Source of the DNA: a virus
Taxonomy: Duplodnaviria; Caudoviricetes
Strand: one strand, 5' to 3'
Virus record (IMG/VR): IMGVR_UViG_3300050034_000334
DNA length: 64,000 bases
Shown piece by piece: positions 46,999 through 55,534 of the stretch. The position numbers and the translations under genes were made by a program. Within the stretch, counting starts at the first letter, position 1, and the number at the start of each line of letters is the position of its first letter. The notes below the pieces were generated by a model. The model saw only the letters and a program-made list of their open reading frames with translations, was not told where the DNA came from and searched no databases.

Positions 46999-47508
46999 AT
47001 GTGTCTTGATGCGGTCACCGAAACCTATGACCATCCTTCCACGCTGATTGTAGATGGCTGGAAGGAATTCGGAGGGTCAACCAAGCAGCCAACCTTCCAA
47101 AACTACACATACAAAGGATCCAATGTTGTCCCTCTCGACACCTGGATTCCGGCTTCCAACGAGCATTCAGCGCAAATCAAAGCCAACGACGGCAAGAAGT
47201 ATGAGCCAGGGTTTCACACCTACTTTGATGAGACCGAATTCAAGGGCATGGGCAGGTCTAATTCAAATTCATATCGCCGCGTGTTCCTCCGCAAGGTCTC
47301 TTGTCTTGGCCGGCAGTCCAGTCTGAAGACGGTTATCGCTCTGGAGATGTATGTTCCATCTGACCAGAACGGATGGCCTCCAAAGAAATCCAGGGATGAC
47401 GACGATCCCATCACTCCTATCACTCCCAGCGATCCTTCAGCGAAGAAGAGGACGCCCAGGAAGAGCATCATGGAACGCTTCAGAGGAATCACTCCGGGGA
47501 ATGCCTAA
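46999..47508 (+). CDS. Hypothetical protein
   Basis: AAGGAGG RBS. Confidence 0.65.
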   Translation: MCLDAVTETYDHPSTLIVDGWKEFGGSTKQPTFQNYTYKGSNVVPLDTWIPASNEHSAQIKANDGKKYEPGFHTYFDETEFKGMGRSNSNSYRRVFLRKVSCLGRQSSLKTVIALEMYVPSDQNGWPPKKSRDDDDPITPITPSDPSAKKRTPRKSIMERFRGITPGNA

Positions 47509-48464
47509 TGCCTAACGCCGAAGCAGTCACTCACGGATACAATCCCACTCCCTTTCCGCTCATGCTCACGGATGGAACTGCCACCACCGCACCCAATCGA
47601 GCTACCCTCGCTCCTCTCACTGTTCCTCTGGACATGTGTGTAGCTTCGAGTTGGGAACTTCCTCCAGGAGGTCCGTATGCAGGGCCTGATGCTGACCCCA
47701 ACTGGGCTGGTCTGGATCTCGTTGCGACTAACAATTCTCATCCCTACTATACCGGATGGGATTATGGAGTCGGATCAGGTCAATCGGTGGTAACCATGAA
47801 CTACAAGATCGATTACCCGACCATAACGACCACCAATGCCAGCAACTATGTGTACTATTACAACCTGGGCAACTATGAGTACACTCCGGCAGAAGCATCG
47901 GTCGTCAACGTCAAGTACAACTATCAGAACTACATGCAACAGTACCAGAACATGATGGTCCAGAACTACCAGAATTATGTGGGGAACGTGATCGTCACCA
48001 ACGATTATGTTTGCACTCCGGATCAGGTCAACTGGCAGTATGTCAATGTTTCTCCTGCCTATCACGAGTCGGAGGAACAGAAGGCTACAAGGCTGGCTGC
48101 CCAGCAGTTGCGTGAAGAGGAAGAGAAGGCTGCAGAGACTCGTGCAGAGGATCTGTTGATCGCTCTTCTTACGGACGCACAGATCCTTCAGTACCAGATG
48201 CACGGATACTTCGAAACCGAAGTCAATGACAAGATCTACCGCATCAAGAAGGGGCGGTCAGGGAATGTCGAATTGATCGAGGAAGGGAAGCCCAAGTTCC
48301 GGTATTGCGCTCATCCATCCGAATGGACTCCTAATCAGGACGTCATGATCTCCCAGCTGCTGATGCTCAAGACTGACGAAGCTCGGTTCCTGAAGACTGC
48401 CAATCGGACTGTGCTCTATCAACCGGCTGTGGCTCAGGCCATGGCAGCACTGGACAGGTTGTAG
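47508..48464 (+). CDS. Hypothetical protein with Y/N/Q-rich linker and C-terminal YCAHP domain
   Basis: AEDLLIALL..QILQY...YRIKKGRSGNV...YCAHP...DVMISQLLMLKTDEARFLKTAN. Confidence 0.7.
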   Translation: MPNAEAVTHGYNPTPFPLMLTDGTATTAPNRATLAPLTVPLDMCVASSWELPPGGPYAGPDADPNWAGLDLVATNNSHPYYTGWDYGVGSGQSVVTMNYKIDYPTITTTNASNYVYYYNLGNYEYTPAEASVVNVKYNYQNYMQQYQNMMVQNYQNYVGNVIVTNDYVCTPDQVNWQYVNVSPAYHESEEQKATRLAAQQLREEEEKAAETRAEDLLIALLTDAQILQYQMHGYFETEVNDKIYRIKKGRSGNVELIEEGKPKFRYCAHPSEWTPNQDVMISQLLMLKTDEARFLKTANRTVLYQPAVAQAMAALDRL

Positions 48465-48465
48465 C

Positions 48466-48759
48466 ATGAAACTTCACTTGAATGAATCCTCCAGGGAGAT
48501 TGTAACTGGTATGGCTGGGCTCCTTGGAGGACGCGTCATCGCGGTCTATTCCAGCAAGAGCGCGGCGGAAGAGATTGTCCGTCTCGTGAATGGAAGTGAA
48601 GCCCAGCTGGCTGCGCTCACAGGAGTGAAAGCCTGGTTTCAGAAGTTGGAAGATGACACTGATGACATGGATCCTCTCAAGGCCATGCGTCAACTCTATC
48701 ATGCTCCGGTTCATGCCATGCTGGACAAAGGGATCGCTGCCACCAAAAAGAGTCGTTAA
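48466..48759 (+). CDS. Hypothetical protein
   Basis: ORF. Confidence 0.55.
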   Translation: MKLHLNESSREIVTGMAGLLGGRVIAVYSSKSAAEEIVRLVNGSEAQLAALTGVKAWFQKLEDDTDDMDPLKAMRQLYHAPVHAMLDKGIAATKKSR

Positions 48760-48785
48760 CCGATCTCATTGCTGAGTCGGTAGAT
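48756..48785 (+). promoter_or_regulatory. Bipartite promoter-like motif TTAACCG-N17-GTAGAT
   Basis: Motif match. Confidence 0.65.
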
Positions 48786-48884
48786 CGAGTCTACAACAGA
48801 AAGCATTCTCAAAGAGTACCGTGCGAGCTTAGGCTCAAAACTCATGAGGCGGAGGGTATGAGGGTGCTTTCTGTTGTAGATTCG
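48786..48884 (+). ncRNA. Structured 5' leader/small RNA closed by a 15 bp perfect (21 bp with GU) stem
   Basis: CTACAACAGAAAGCA/TGCTTTCTGTTGTAG with three inner hairpins. Confidence 0.5.
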
Positions 48885-48898
48885 TCAATGGAGAAACA

Positions 48899-49687
48899 AT
48901 GCACGTCGTCAAAAGAATGATCACCCCTAACGGGAAACTCGACAAGAGAACTGTTTCGGCTATGATAGTGGTCGAGATTGCGATCTTTGCAGCAGTGTGG
49001 GTGACTTCACCCTTCGTGTTCCTTCCAAAGCCTCAGGATGTCCTCAGCGCCATGGGTGACCTATGGCAGCAGGGTTTGGCCCTGGAACTCATAACGAGCC
49101 TCACGCTCAACTTCCAGGCTCTCCTGGTGGCCTCGCTCCTCTCTCTGGTCATGGCTTATCTCGGCACCGTGCCCCTCTTCCGACCTGCCATTCAGATGAT
49201 AGGCAAGCTGAGATTTCTGAGCATGGTCGGGTTGACATTCTTCTTCACCCTGATGACGAACTCAGGTCACCAACTCAAGTTGTCTCTCCTGGTATTCTCA
49301 GTCTCGGTCTTCTTCGTGACTGGCATGGTGGATGTGATCAATTCCGTTCCCAAGGAGAAGTACGATCTATGTCGAGTCCTTCACATGGGACCCTGGCGGA
49401 CTCTCTATGAGGCGGTCATCCTCGGTCAGTTCGACAAAGCCTTCGATGTACTCAGGCAGAACGCGGCCATCGGCTGGATGATGCTCTCCATGATTGAGGG
49501 CATGAGCCGTTCGGAGGGTGGAATTGGCGCGATGCTGATGACCCAAAACAAGTATTTCCATCTATCCGAAATCATGGCCATTCAGATAATCATCCTGGTC
49601 CTTGGCTTGCTCCAAGACTTCGTTCTCGGCTGGCTGAAGAGTCTGGTATGCCCATATGCCAATCTTGTACTGGAGAATAACAAATGA
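48899..49687 (+). CDS. ABC transporter permease (NitT/TauT family)
   Basis: FLPKPQDVL, multiple TMs, EAA-like loop, EGGIGAML. Confidence 0.85.
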   Translation: MHVVKRMITPNGKLDKRTVSAMIVVEIAIFAAVWVTSPFVFLPKPQDVLSAMGDLWQQGLALELITSLTLNFQALLVASLLSLVMAYLGTVPLFRPAIQMIGKLRFLSMVGLTFFFTLMTNSGHQLKLSLLVFSVSVFFVTGMVDVINSVPKEKYDLCRVLHMGPWRTLYEAVILGQFDKAFDVLRQNAAIGWMMLSMIEGMSRSEGGIGAMLMTQNKYFHLSEIMAIQIIILVLGLLQDFVLGWLKSLVCPYANLVLENNK

Positions 49688-49962
49688 ACCCTCTCATGCA
49701 GCAGTTTCTTCACCTGGATTTTGGCTCTGGTGCATTTTGGATCATCATGACCGCTGTTGGCGGCCTGGTCTCCATGGGACACACGCTCATCAACAAGAAG
49801 TATCCCGGGCACCGGCACACCTTTGACCCCAACAAGTGGGAGATGACCAACGAGATTGAGTATGTCGACGATAGCATCGACAAGTTCTACATCAACACCT
49901 GCTTGGGCTGTGGAATGCTCATAGAGAAGACAATCGAGATTGAATCCAAGTCAGAGGAGTAG
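49684..49962 (+). CDS. Small membrane protein inserted between permease and ATPase
   Basis: ORF with one TM. Confidence 0.5.
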   Translation: MNPLMQQFLHLDFGSGAFWIIMTAVGGLVSMGHTLINKKYPGHRHTFDPNKWEMTNEIEYVDDSIDKFYINTCLGCGMLIEKTIEIESKSEE

Positions 49963-49964
49963 GA

Positions 49965-50819
49965 ATGTTCGTTCAGTATGAGTACAAAGAGACACTCTTG
50001 AAATTGGATAATTTGTGTCTGAATTTTGGGCCGAAGCCAATTCTCAAGGGAGTATGTGCTGAGATCAAGGATATCTACATTCCTGGCAGAACGACAGGTC
50101 AAATTGTCGGATTCCTTGGCCCATCCGGAGTTGGTAAGACTCAGTTGCTTCGTCTTCTGGCTGGCCTGCATGACCCCACCAGCGGACAGGTTCTTCTTGC
50201 TAATGGAGCAGAGACTGGCAAATACGACGGAACCTTTCATCCCGTGTCTGCTGGAGAAGTCGGAGTTGTGGCTCAGAACTACCCTCTGTTCGAGCATCGT
50301 TCGGTATTTGGCAACCTGATGTTGCCGGCGCTCGCTCATGAACAGAATCGTGCAACAGCCAAGGATACGGTCCTCACTCACCTGGACAAGTTCGGGTTGC
50401 TTGACAAGAAAGATCTCTATCCCTGTCAGCTTTCTGGCGGTCAGCGCCAGCGGGTTGCCATTCTCCAAATGATCATCTGCAAAGAGAGATTCATTCTCAT
50501 GGATGAACCTTTTTCTGGACTTGATCTGATTGCCATTGAAACCATCATGGAGACTATTCAGGAGGCAGCAAACTTGCGTGAGGACAACACTGTTATCATT
50601 GTCACTCACGACGTCACAGCGGCTGTCTCGATTGCCGACCACATCTGGCTGCTGGGTAGGGACCATGATGCTGAGGGCAAGGTAATTCCTGGTGCACGCA
50701 TTGTCGAAACTTACGATCTGCTCGCTCGTGGTCTTTGTTACGAGCCGGGAATTATCACTGCCAATCACGGGTTCACAGACACAGTGCGTGAAATCAAAAC
50801 CAGATTCAGAACTCTATAA
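49965..50819 (+). CDS. ABC transporter ATP-binding protein (NitT/TauT family)
   Basis: GPSGVGKT, LSGGQRQR, ILMDEPFSGLD, VTHD. Confidence 0.95.
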   Translation: MFVQYEYKETLLKLDNLCLNFGPKPILKGVCAEIKDIYIPGRTTGQIVGFLGPSGVGKTQLLRLLAGLHDPTSGQVLLANGAETGKYDGTFHPVSAGEVGVVAQNYPLFEHRSVFGNLMLPALAHEQNRATAKDTVLTHLDKFGLLDKKDLYPCQLSGGQRQRVAILQMIICKERFILMDEPFSGLDLIAIETIMETIQEAANLREDNTVIIVTHDVTAAVSIADHIWLLGRDHDAEGKVIPGARIVETYDLLARGLCYEPGIITANHGFTDTVREIKTRFRTL

Positions 50820-50887
50820 ATTGGCCATTTTCTGAGTTTGGCAGTATTGGGCAAACGCATGGAGGAATCTCAGTCATGCGGCGGAAG

Positions 50888-51046
50888 ATGATTCAGCCCA
50901 CGAAGGAGATATACAAGCTGGCATTGGAGCTTGCTTGCCGAAACGCTGGAAAGAATTTTCAGTACAATCGTGACGCTGGATATTACATTCAATGGGCTGA
51001 ACGGATCATCACTGAAAAGGAAAAGAAGAAAACCTTAAAAACTTGA
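50888..51046 (+). CDS. 52 aa paralogue of 7783..8037
   Basis: MIQPTKEIYKLALELAC...AERIITEK. Confidence 0.55.
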   Translation: MIQPTKEIYKLALELACRNAGKNFQYNRDAGYYIQWAERIITEKEKKKTLKT

Positions 51047-51106
51047 ATCCCCAGTATCATAGCGATGGAGCCGTTGCTCTACAAATCAAACTGAGGATAA
51101 TCCAAA

Positions 51107-51379
51107 ATGTCGACCACACCAGTCGTACCTATTGGCCCACCTGAAAAGGTCAAGCTGTCACCCTCCCAACAGAAGTATGTCGCCCTCCTACAGAAGAAAG
51201 TCCTCGACTACCAGGCCTCGGCTCAGTCCGAACTGAATCGCTTGACCGGTCATCTGCAGGACGCCCTGGCCTATGTCCGCGAAGAGCTCGGAATTCCGGA
51301 GGGTCATCCGTATTCCCTGACTGAAGATGCTTCGCATCTGGTCCACACTCCTCCTCCCGCTCCAACAACCGAACAGTAG
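51107..51379 (+). CDS. Hypothetical protein
   Basis: GAGGA RBS. Confidence 0.6.
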   Translation: MSTTPVVPIGPPEKVKLSPSQQKYVALLQKKVLDYQASAQSELNRLTGHLQDALAYVREELGIPEGHPYSLTEDASHLVHTPPPAPTTEQ

Positions 51380-51381
51380 AG

Positions 51382-51666
51382 GTGGAATACGTGGTGCTCA
51401 TTCTCCTAGTTTGCGGGTTGGCCGGTCTCTTCTTAGGATTTGGAGTGATCTCAGGAGTCTATTTGGCGCAATGGGTATGGAAGAAGCTGCGCCAACCCAC
51501 GGAGAGGGAGATGTATGTCTGGGAATGTTGTGTGTGCCGTTATCGAGTGCAGTCAAATCACGACCTTCACATCAACGATAGACTGATTTGTGTGCAATGT
51601 AATGCTGAGATGGAGCCTTACGTTCCAAAACAGCAGTCTGATGCTACAACAGTCGTTCTCAGCTAA
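51382..51666 (+). CDS. Membrane-anchored zinc-ribbon protein
   Basis: TM, then CCVC..CVQC. Confidence 0.55.
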   Translation: MEYVVLILLVCGLAGLFLGFGVISGVYLAQWVWKKLRQPTEREMYVWECCVCRYRVQSNHDLHINDRLICVQCNAEMEPYVPKQQSDATTVVLS

Positions 51667-51674
51667 GGAAAGTC

Positions 51675-51881
51675 ATGCCCTTTCCCAAAACATTTGATGA
51701 CCTCAAAGCAGCCGGATACACTTTCCTGGACGATGCCACTTGTCGGGATTGCGGAGAAGAGATAGAGTGGTGGGAAACTCCCAATGGGAAGAAGATGCCC
51801 ATCGACCACATGACTCGTGGTTCTGATCCTGTTAGAGTTCATTTTGACACCTGTGCAGAGAGATCCGACGACAAATGGTGA
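51675..51881 (+). CDS. Small zinc-finger protein
   Basis: CRDCGEEIEW..TPNGKKMPID...HFDTC. Confidence 0.6.
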   Translation: MPFPKTFDDLKAAGYTFLDDATCRDCGEEIEWWETPNGKKMPIDHMTRGSDPVRVHFDTCAERSDDKW

Positions 51882-52037
51882 GCGAAGAACTGTTCCCGAG
51901 ATGAGGAGGCTGAAATGGGTGGTGGACCAGAATGCAGCGTTGAATCGGTGAGAATGTACTTGTATGGAAATATAGAAGGTCCTGGAAAAACCCAGTATCA
52001 GAGGCAAAGCAGTAAAATTGATCACCAGGAGTTTCCC

Positions 52038-52325
52038 ATGGACTTTAGTTCACTTTCGTCGAATTCCGTTATTCGCTTTGCCGCCACAATGATTGCTGTA
52101 GATCATGGAGAGAGCAATCTCAAGACCGACAAAAAAGAGGTTCGGAGAGAGGTTCTCGATCTGGCCAAGAAGTTGACCGGATTGAAACACAGCAAGCTGA
52201 TGACCGCTGATCGCATCTATATCAACTCTACCTTGACACCTACAATGGCAAGGATGAGTACGACAGCCGAGTCAATGACAATCCCGAACTTTGGGAAGAC
52301 TTCTGTGTTCGGCTTTATCGTGTAA
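52038..52325 (+). CDS. Hypothetical protein
   Basis: AGGAG RBS before ATG 52038. Confidence 0.5.
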   Translation: MDFSSLSSNSVIRFAATMIAVDHGESNLKTDKKEVRREVLDLAKKLTGLKHSKLMTADRIYINSTLTPTMARMSTTAESMTIPNFGKTSVFGFIV

Positions 52326-52442
52326 CCAACTAGCAGGATTGCATCGAGGGACCGCAGGGTGCTCACAAGTACAGTCGAAGGCTAACATCCGGGAGTTGTG
52401 GTCCAGGACCAAGCGGCTGACTGCGGTTCGCCAAAGGAGCAT

Positions 52443-52748
52443 ATGGACGAGTTGTTCAGAATCGATGAGAATGGGCAGAAGTGGGTCACCGCTACTGATG
52501 GGAAAGAGTACAAGGTGACCGGGTATCCTGGCCAAGTGAAGTCAGGATACATGTGTGCTGTTGATTTCCAGCATGAGGTCGGAGAGGCTCCCCAAACCGG
52601 ACCAATCTGTGCGAGTCTAGAGAGTTTGTTTGCGGCGAAACCCTGCATCTCAGAATGCGGCTGGGTTCGAGTTCTCGTGATCGGAGTGGAGTTTGGGAAG
52701 CCAACAGTGGATCTCACTGTCCCAGAGAAAGAGCCAACTATCCAATGA
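52443..52748 (+). CDS. Hypothetical protein
   Basis: AAGGAG RBS. Confidence 0.5.
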   Translation: MDELFRIDENGQKWVTATDGKEYKVTGYPGQVKSGYMCAVDFQHEVGEAPQTGPICASLESLFAAKPCISECGWVRVLVIGVEFGKPTVDLTVPEKEPTIQ

Positions 52749-52912
52749 GCTATATGCAATTCCAGCAGCGTTGCAAAGCCTGTCAGAAGTCCTGGAACGC
52801 TGCGTTTGGAATTGTCCCTCTGGATCGATTCATGGAGGCTATCATCATTCGTGATACGCGCTGGCTCGGGCAGGAACGCCGCAAGGCTGAGCGCAGAAAA
52901 GGGGAACTGTGA
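52745..52912 (+). CDS. Small hypothetical protein
   Basis: ATGA overlap. Confidence 0.4.
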   Translation: MSYMQFQQRCKACQKSWNAAFGIVPLDRFMEAIIIRDTRWLGQERRKAERRKGEL

Positions 52913-53716
52913 GCTGCTCTTATCACAAAGAAGGTTGTGCATCTACTGGACAAGTGATTGGCGGAAAGTGGATTTGCCTTAATCATATGCCCGGCGAATT
53001 TAACGCCCTGCAAGCCTCACACGAGGAACTGGTAAAGGCGCTGAAAGAGGCGCGGGGTTACCTCGCCAATTATTCGCGCAGGGAAATGTGGGGAACCGAT
53101 GGCGACGACGATGTAAAACACGCTCAGGACGTTATTGTTGTCGCCCTAGCTAACGCGGCGAAGCTGGCCCCAACCCGTACCCAACCCGTACCAAAAGTGA
53201 GGCGAAATGACTGCTCTACTAGTCCTGTCCGCGCCCACCATGTTGGCCGTGGCTGTCGTTATCTTTGTCTACGTCTCCGGCCTGTGCCGGGGGAAGAAGG
53301 GTGCGCTGTGATTGGTGACGACTTCCACTCTCATCTTGACGAATGCCAACGGTGCAGAGAGGACGTATTTAATCTCTGTCCTGTAGGAATCAAACTCCTA
53401 ACAGACGCAGTGAAGACCATCGATGATCCCATGATGCGCGGACTTGTGCAGTGGAATCACATCGTACAAAGGGAGGACCGCAATGCCAGTTGAACGTCTC
53501 GACAAACTGATGATCGATGCGACCGGCCATGGCTACTACCAAGCAGACGACGCCGATCCCGACGAGGCCGTTACGCCCTATGCCAAAGCACGTGCCAGGG
53601 AGGATGCGCTACTAAAGGCGCTGAAAGCAGTTCTGGATCTCCACTGCTCTATGGATATGGGCGAAACTTCTACGCAAGCGCGGCTACTCATCCGCGAGAT
53701 CAAGGCCACCCGATGA
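52909..53716 (+). other. Mosaic patch of short ORFs resembling temperate-phage early genes
   Basis: ORFs 52909..53493 and 53483..53716; repeated AAAGGCGCTGAAAG (LVKALK/LLKALK). Confidence 0.45.
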
Positions 53717-53889
53717 CACTCCGCAACGGCTCCTGGACCAACCGAACCGACCCGATGTACGACCACTCCCACGAGTACCGTTCATCCACTGTACCGCGTC
53801 GTTACGTTAACGGAACCACCATTTTCTGCGCTATTATTCTAGTTGTGTGGGGAATCGTAATCATTTTCAAGCACTAAAAAAGGAGAAAT

Positions 53890-54144
53890 ATGGCAAACGA
53901 ATTAACGATTATCAACCCAATGACCATCGGCAAGGAACTTCAGAAGTACGAAGTTCAAATGGAAAAGGCTTTGCCGCTTCATATGTCAGCGGCAAGAATG
54001 GCGAGAATTGCGCTTACATCCTTGCGTGTTAACCCAAAGTTGTGTGGCTGCACACGAGAATCATTTTTTGGTTCCTTGATGGCTGCTTCGCAAAGTCATC
54101 AGAGGGCCGTCAGGCATTGGCGGAGGGAATCAGATTTGAACTGA
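53890..54144 (+). pseudogene. recT: RecT recombinase N-terminal fragment
   Basis: MEKALPLHMSAARMARIALTSLRVNPKL..CTRESFFGSLMAASQ, truncated at ~54092. Confidence 0.8.
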
Positions 54145-54205
54145 TGGAACCTTTCGGTTCGGCACGTTAGCAGTGTGCTGGATTAAACCGCTCTCCCATC
54201 CCTCC
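54118..54205 (-). tRNA. tRNA-Ser (GCT)
   Basis: Long variable arm, loop CTGCTAA, G73, CCA. Confidence 0.95.
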
Positions 54206-54216
54206 GTTGTAAACTT

Positions 54217-54299
54217 TGGTGCCCAGAAAGGGGATCGAACCCTCACGATTTCTCAACGGTTTTTAAGACCGCAGCGTCTGCCAGTTTCGCCATCCGGGC
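54217..54299 (-). tRNA. tRNA-Leu (TAA)
   Basis: Loop CTTAAAA, A73, CCA. Confidence 0.95.
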
Positions 54300-54647
54300 A
54301 CGAACCTTACCTGTGTTTCTTCCACAAAATGTGAGAAGTTGACTGTCGCAGTTGGGACAAACCTTTCTCATGTTCTCCCGACGGCAATCTCGCTTTCTCC
54401 CATTGATGTGGTCAATTCTCATTACCAGAACTTGACCGTTCCACATTCCTGTCAAGCCACAGATCGTACAAACTTCTGGAAGTTCTTCTCTGAATCGATC
54501 TTTGGCTGCTTGTAGATGTTCAGAGTTGTCTACAAACACCACAGAGTCTAATAACTTGAGTCTGTGAGATGTCGTGCCAGGTTTCCAAGGTTTTCCACCT
54601 GGCACTCTTCTGGAATCAAATCCATTGCTAAATGGCTTTCCACTCAT
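54243..54647 (-). CDS. HNH homing endonuclease whose 3' end runs into tRNA-Leu(TAA)
   Basis: CTICG..IDHINGRKRD.RRENMRKVCPNCD. Confidence 0.85.
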   Translation of the reverse strand: MSGKPFSNGFDSRRVPGGKPWKPGTTSHRLKLLDSVVFVDNSEHLQAAKDRFREELPEVCTICGLTGMWNGQVLVMRIDHINGRKRDCRRENMRKVCPNCDSQLLTFCGRNTGKVRARMAKLADAAVLKTVEKS

Positions 54648-54667
54648 GCTTCTTAGAATACTGCCAT

Positions 54668-54877
54668 CTAGGCTTCAACCTCACAAGTTGTTCCACCACC
54701 AGGGCATGCCGGGAGGAGGCACTCTGCCCCTTGTTTTACGAGGTGAATTGCCCCGTTCCCCAGTCTTGCCGATTTGAAAACTAATACTCGAGCCATGTTC
54801 TGACAATGGCTGCACAAAATCGGGTGCTCCAAATGAGCGTGGTCTACAGGAAACTTCACTAGATTGGCCATTCTCAT
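54668..54877 (-). CDS. Small hypothetical protein (CxxC)
   Basis: ORF with GAGGAG RBS. Confidence 0.45.
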   Translation of the reverse strand: MRMANLVKFPVDHAHLEHPILCSHCQNMARVLVFKSARLGNGAIHLVKQGAECLLPACPGGGTTCEVEA

Positions 54878-54976
54878 TCTCCTCAGTGATTATGGTTCGG
54901 ACAGTAATCATGTCCAAACCCTACTCTTTGTTGAACTGCATGAAAGGTCAAAGTAGCTCTCTGCAGCTTAATCTTT

Positions 54977-55061
54977 TGGTGCCGATGGCCGGGATCGAAC
55001 CGGCACGCCCGAAGACACTGGCTTTTGAGACCAGCGCGTCTTCCAATTCCGCCACATCGGC
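54977..55061 (-). tRNA. tRNA-Leu (CAA)
   Basis: Loop CTCAAAA, CCA. Confidence 0.95.
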
Positions 55062-55075
55062 ACATTTCAAACCTT

Positions 55076-55160
55076 TGGTGCCCGATAAGAGACTCGAACT
55101 CTCACGCCTTGCGACAACAGATCCTAAGTCTGCCGCGTCTGCCAATTCCGCCAACCGGGC
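55076..55160 (-). tRNA. tRNA-Leu (TAG)
   Basis: Loop CTTAGGA, CCA. Confidence 0.95.
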
Positions 55161-55173
55161 ACTTACTAAACTC

Positions 55174-55329
55174 TTGTACGAACGAATGACGAGATGGGAA
55201 ATGCCTTTCGGCTACCGCTGCCTTTGCCAGCTTGGCTACTCCCCGTCATGGTCGGGGAGACAGGACTCGAACCTGTGAAGACTTTCGTCGGCGGTTCCAA
55301 GATAACCCACTACTCTACGGCTCGTACAA
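55174..55329 (-). ncRNA. Circularly permuted class II tRNA-like RNA with internal ACCA
   Basis: 3' half (55295-55249), TGA linker, 5' half (55245-55214); 8 bp terminal stem. Confidence 0.85.
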
Positions 55330-55333
55330 AACT

Positions 55334-55422
55334 TGGTCGGGATGAAGGGAGTCGAACCCTCACGCTACTTGATTTCGCTCGTGGACCTGAACCACGCGTG
55401 TCTGCCATTTCACCACATCCCG
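55334..55422 (-). tRNA. tRNA-Leu (CAG)
   Basis: Loop TTCAGGT, CCA. Confidence 0.95.
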
Positions 55423-55441
55423 AAACTCTACTTCAAAACTT

Positions 55442-55528
55442 TGGTCGGAGCGAAGGGATTCGAACCCTCCCGATGTTGCCACCATGAGCACCTCAAGCTC
55501 ACGCGTCTGCCAGCTTCGCCACGCTCCG
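55442..55528 (-). tRNA. tRNA-Leu (GAG)
   Basis: Loop TTGAGGT, CCA. Confidence 0.95.
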
Positions 55529-55534
55529 ACATCT

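Noticed and set aside
41011-48884. Retron or DGR interpretation of the IR-closed RNAs
   Set aside because: No reverse transcriptase in the window and no TR/VR pair seen.
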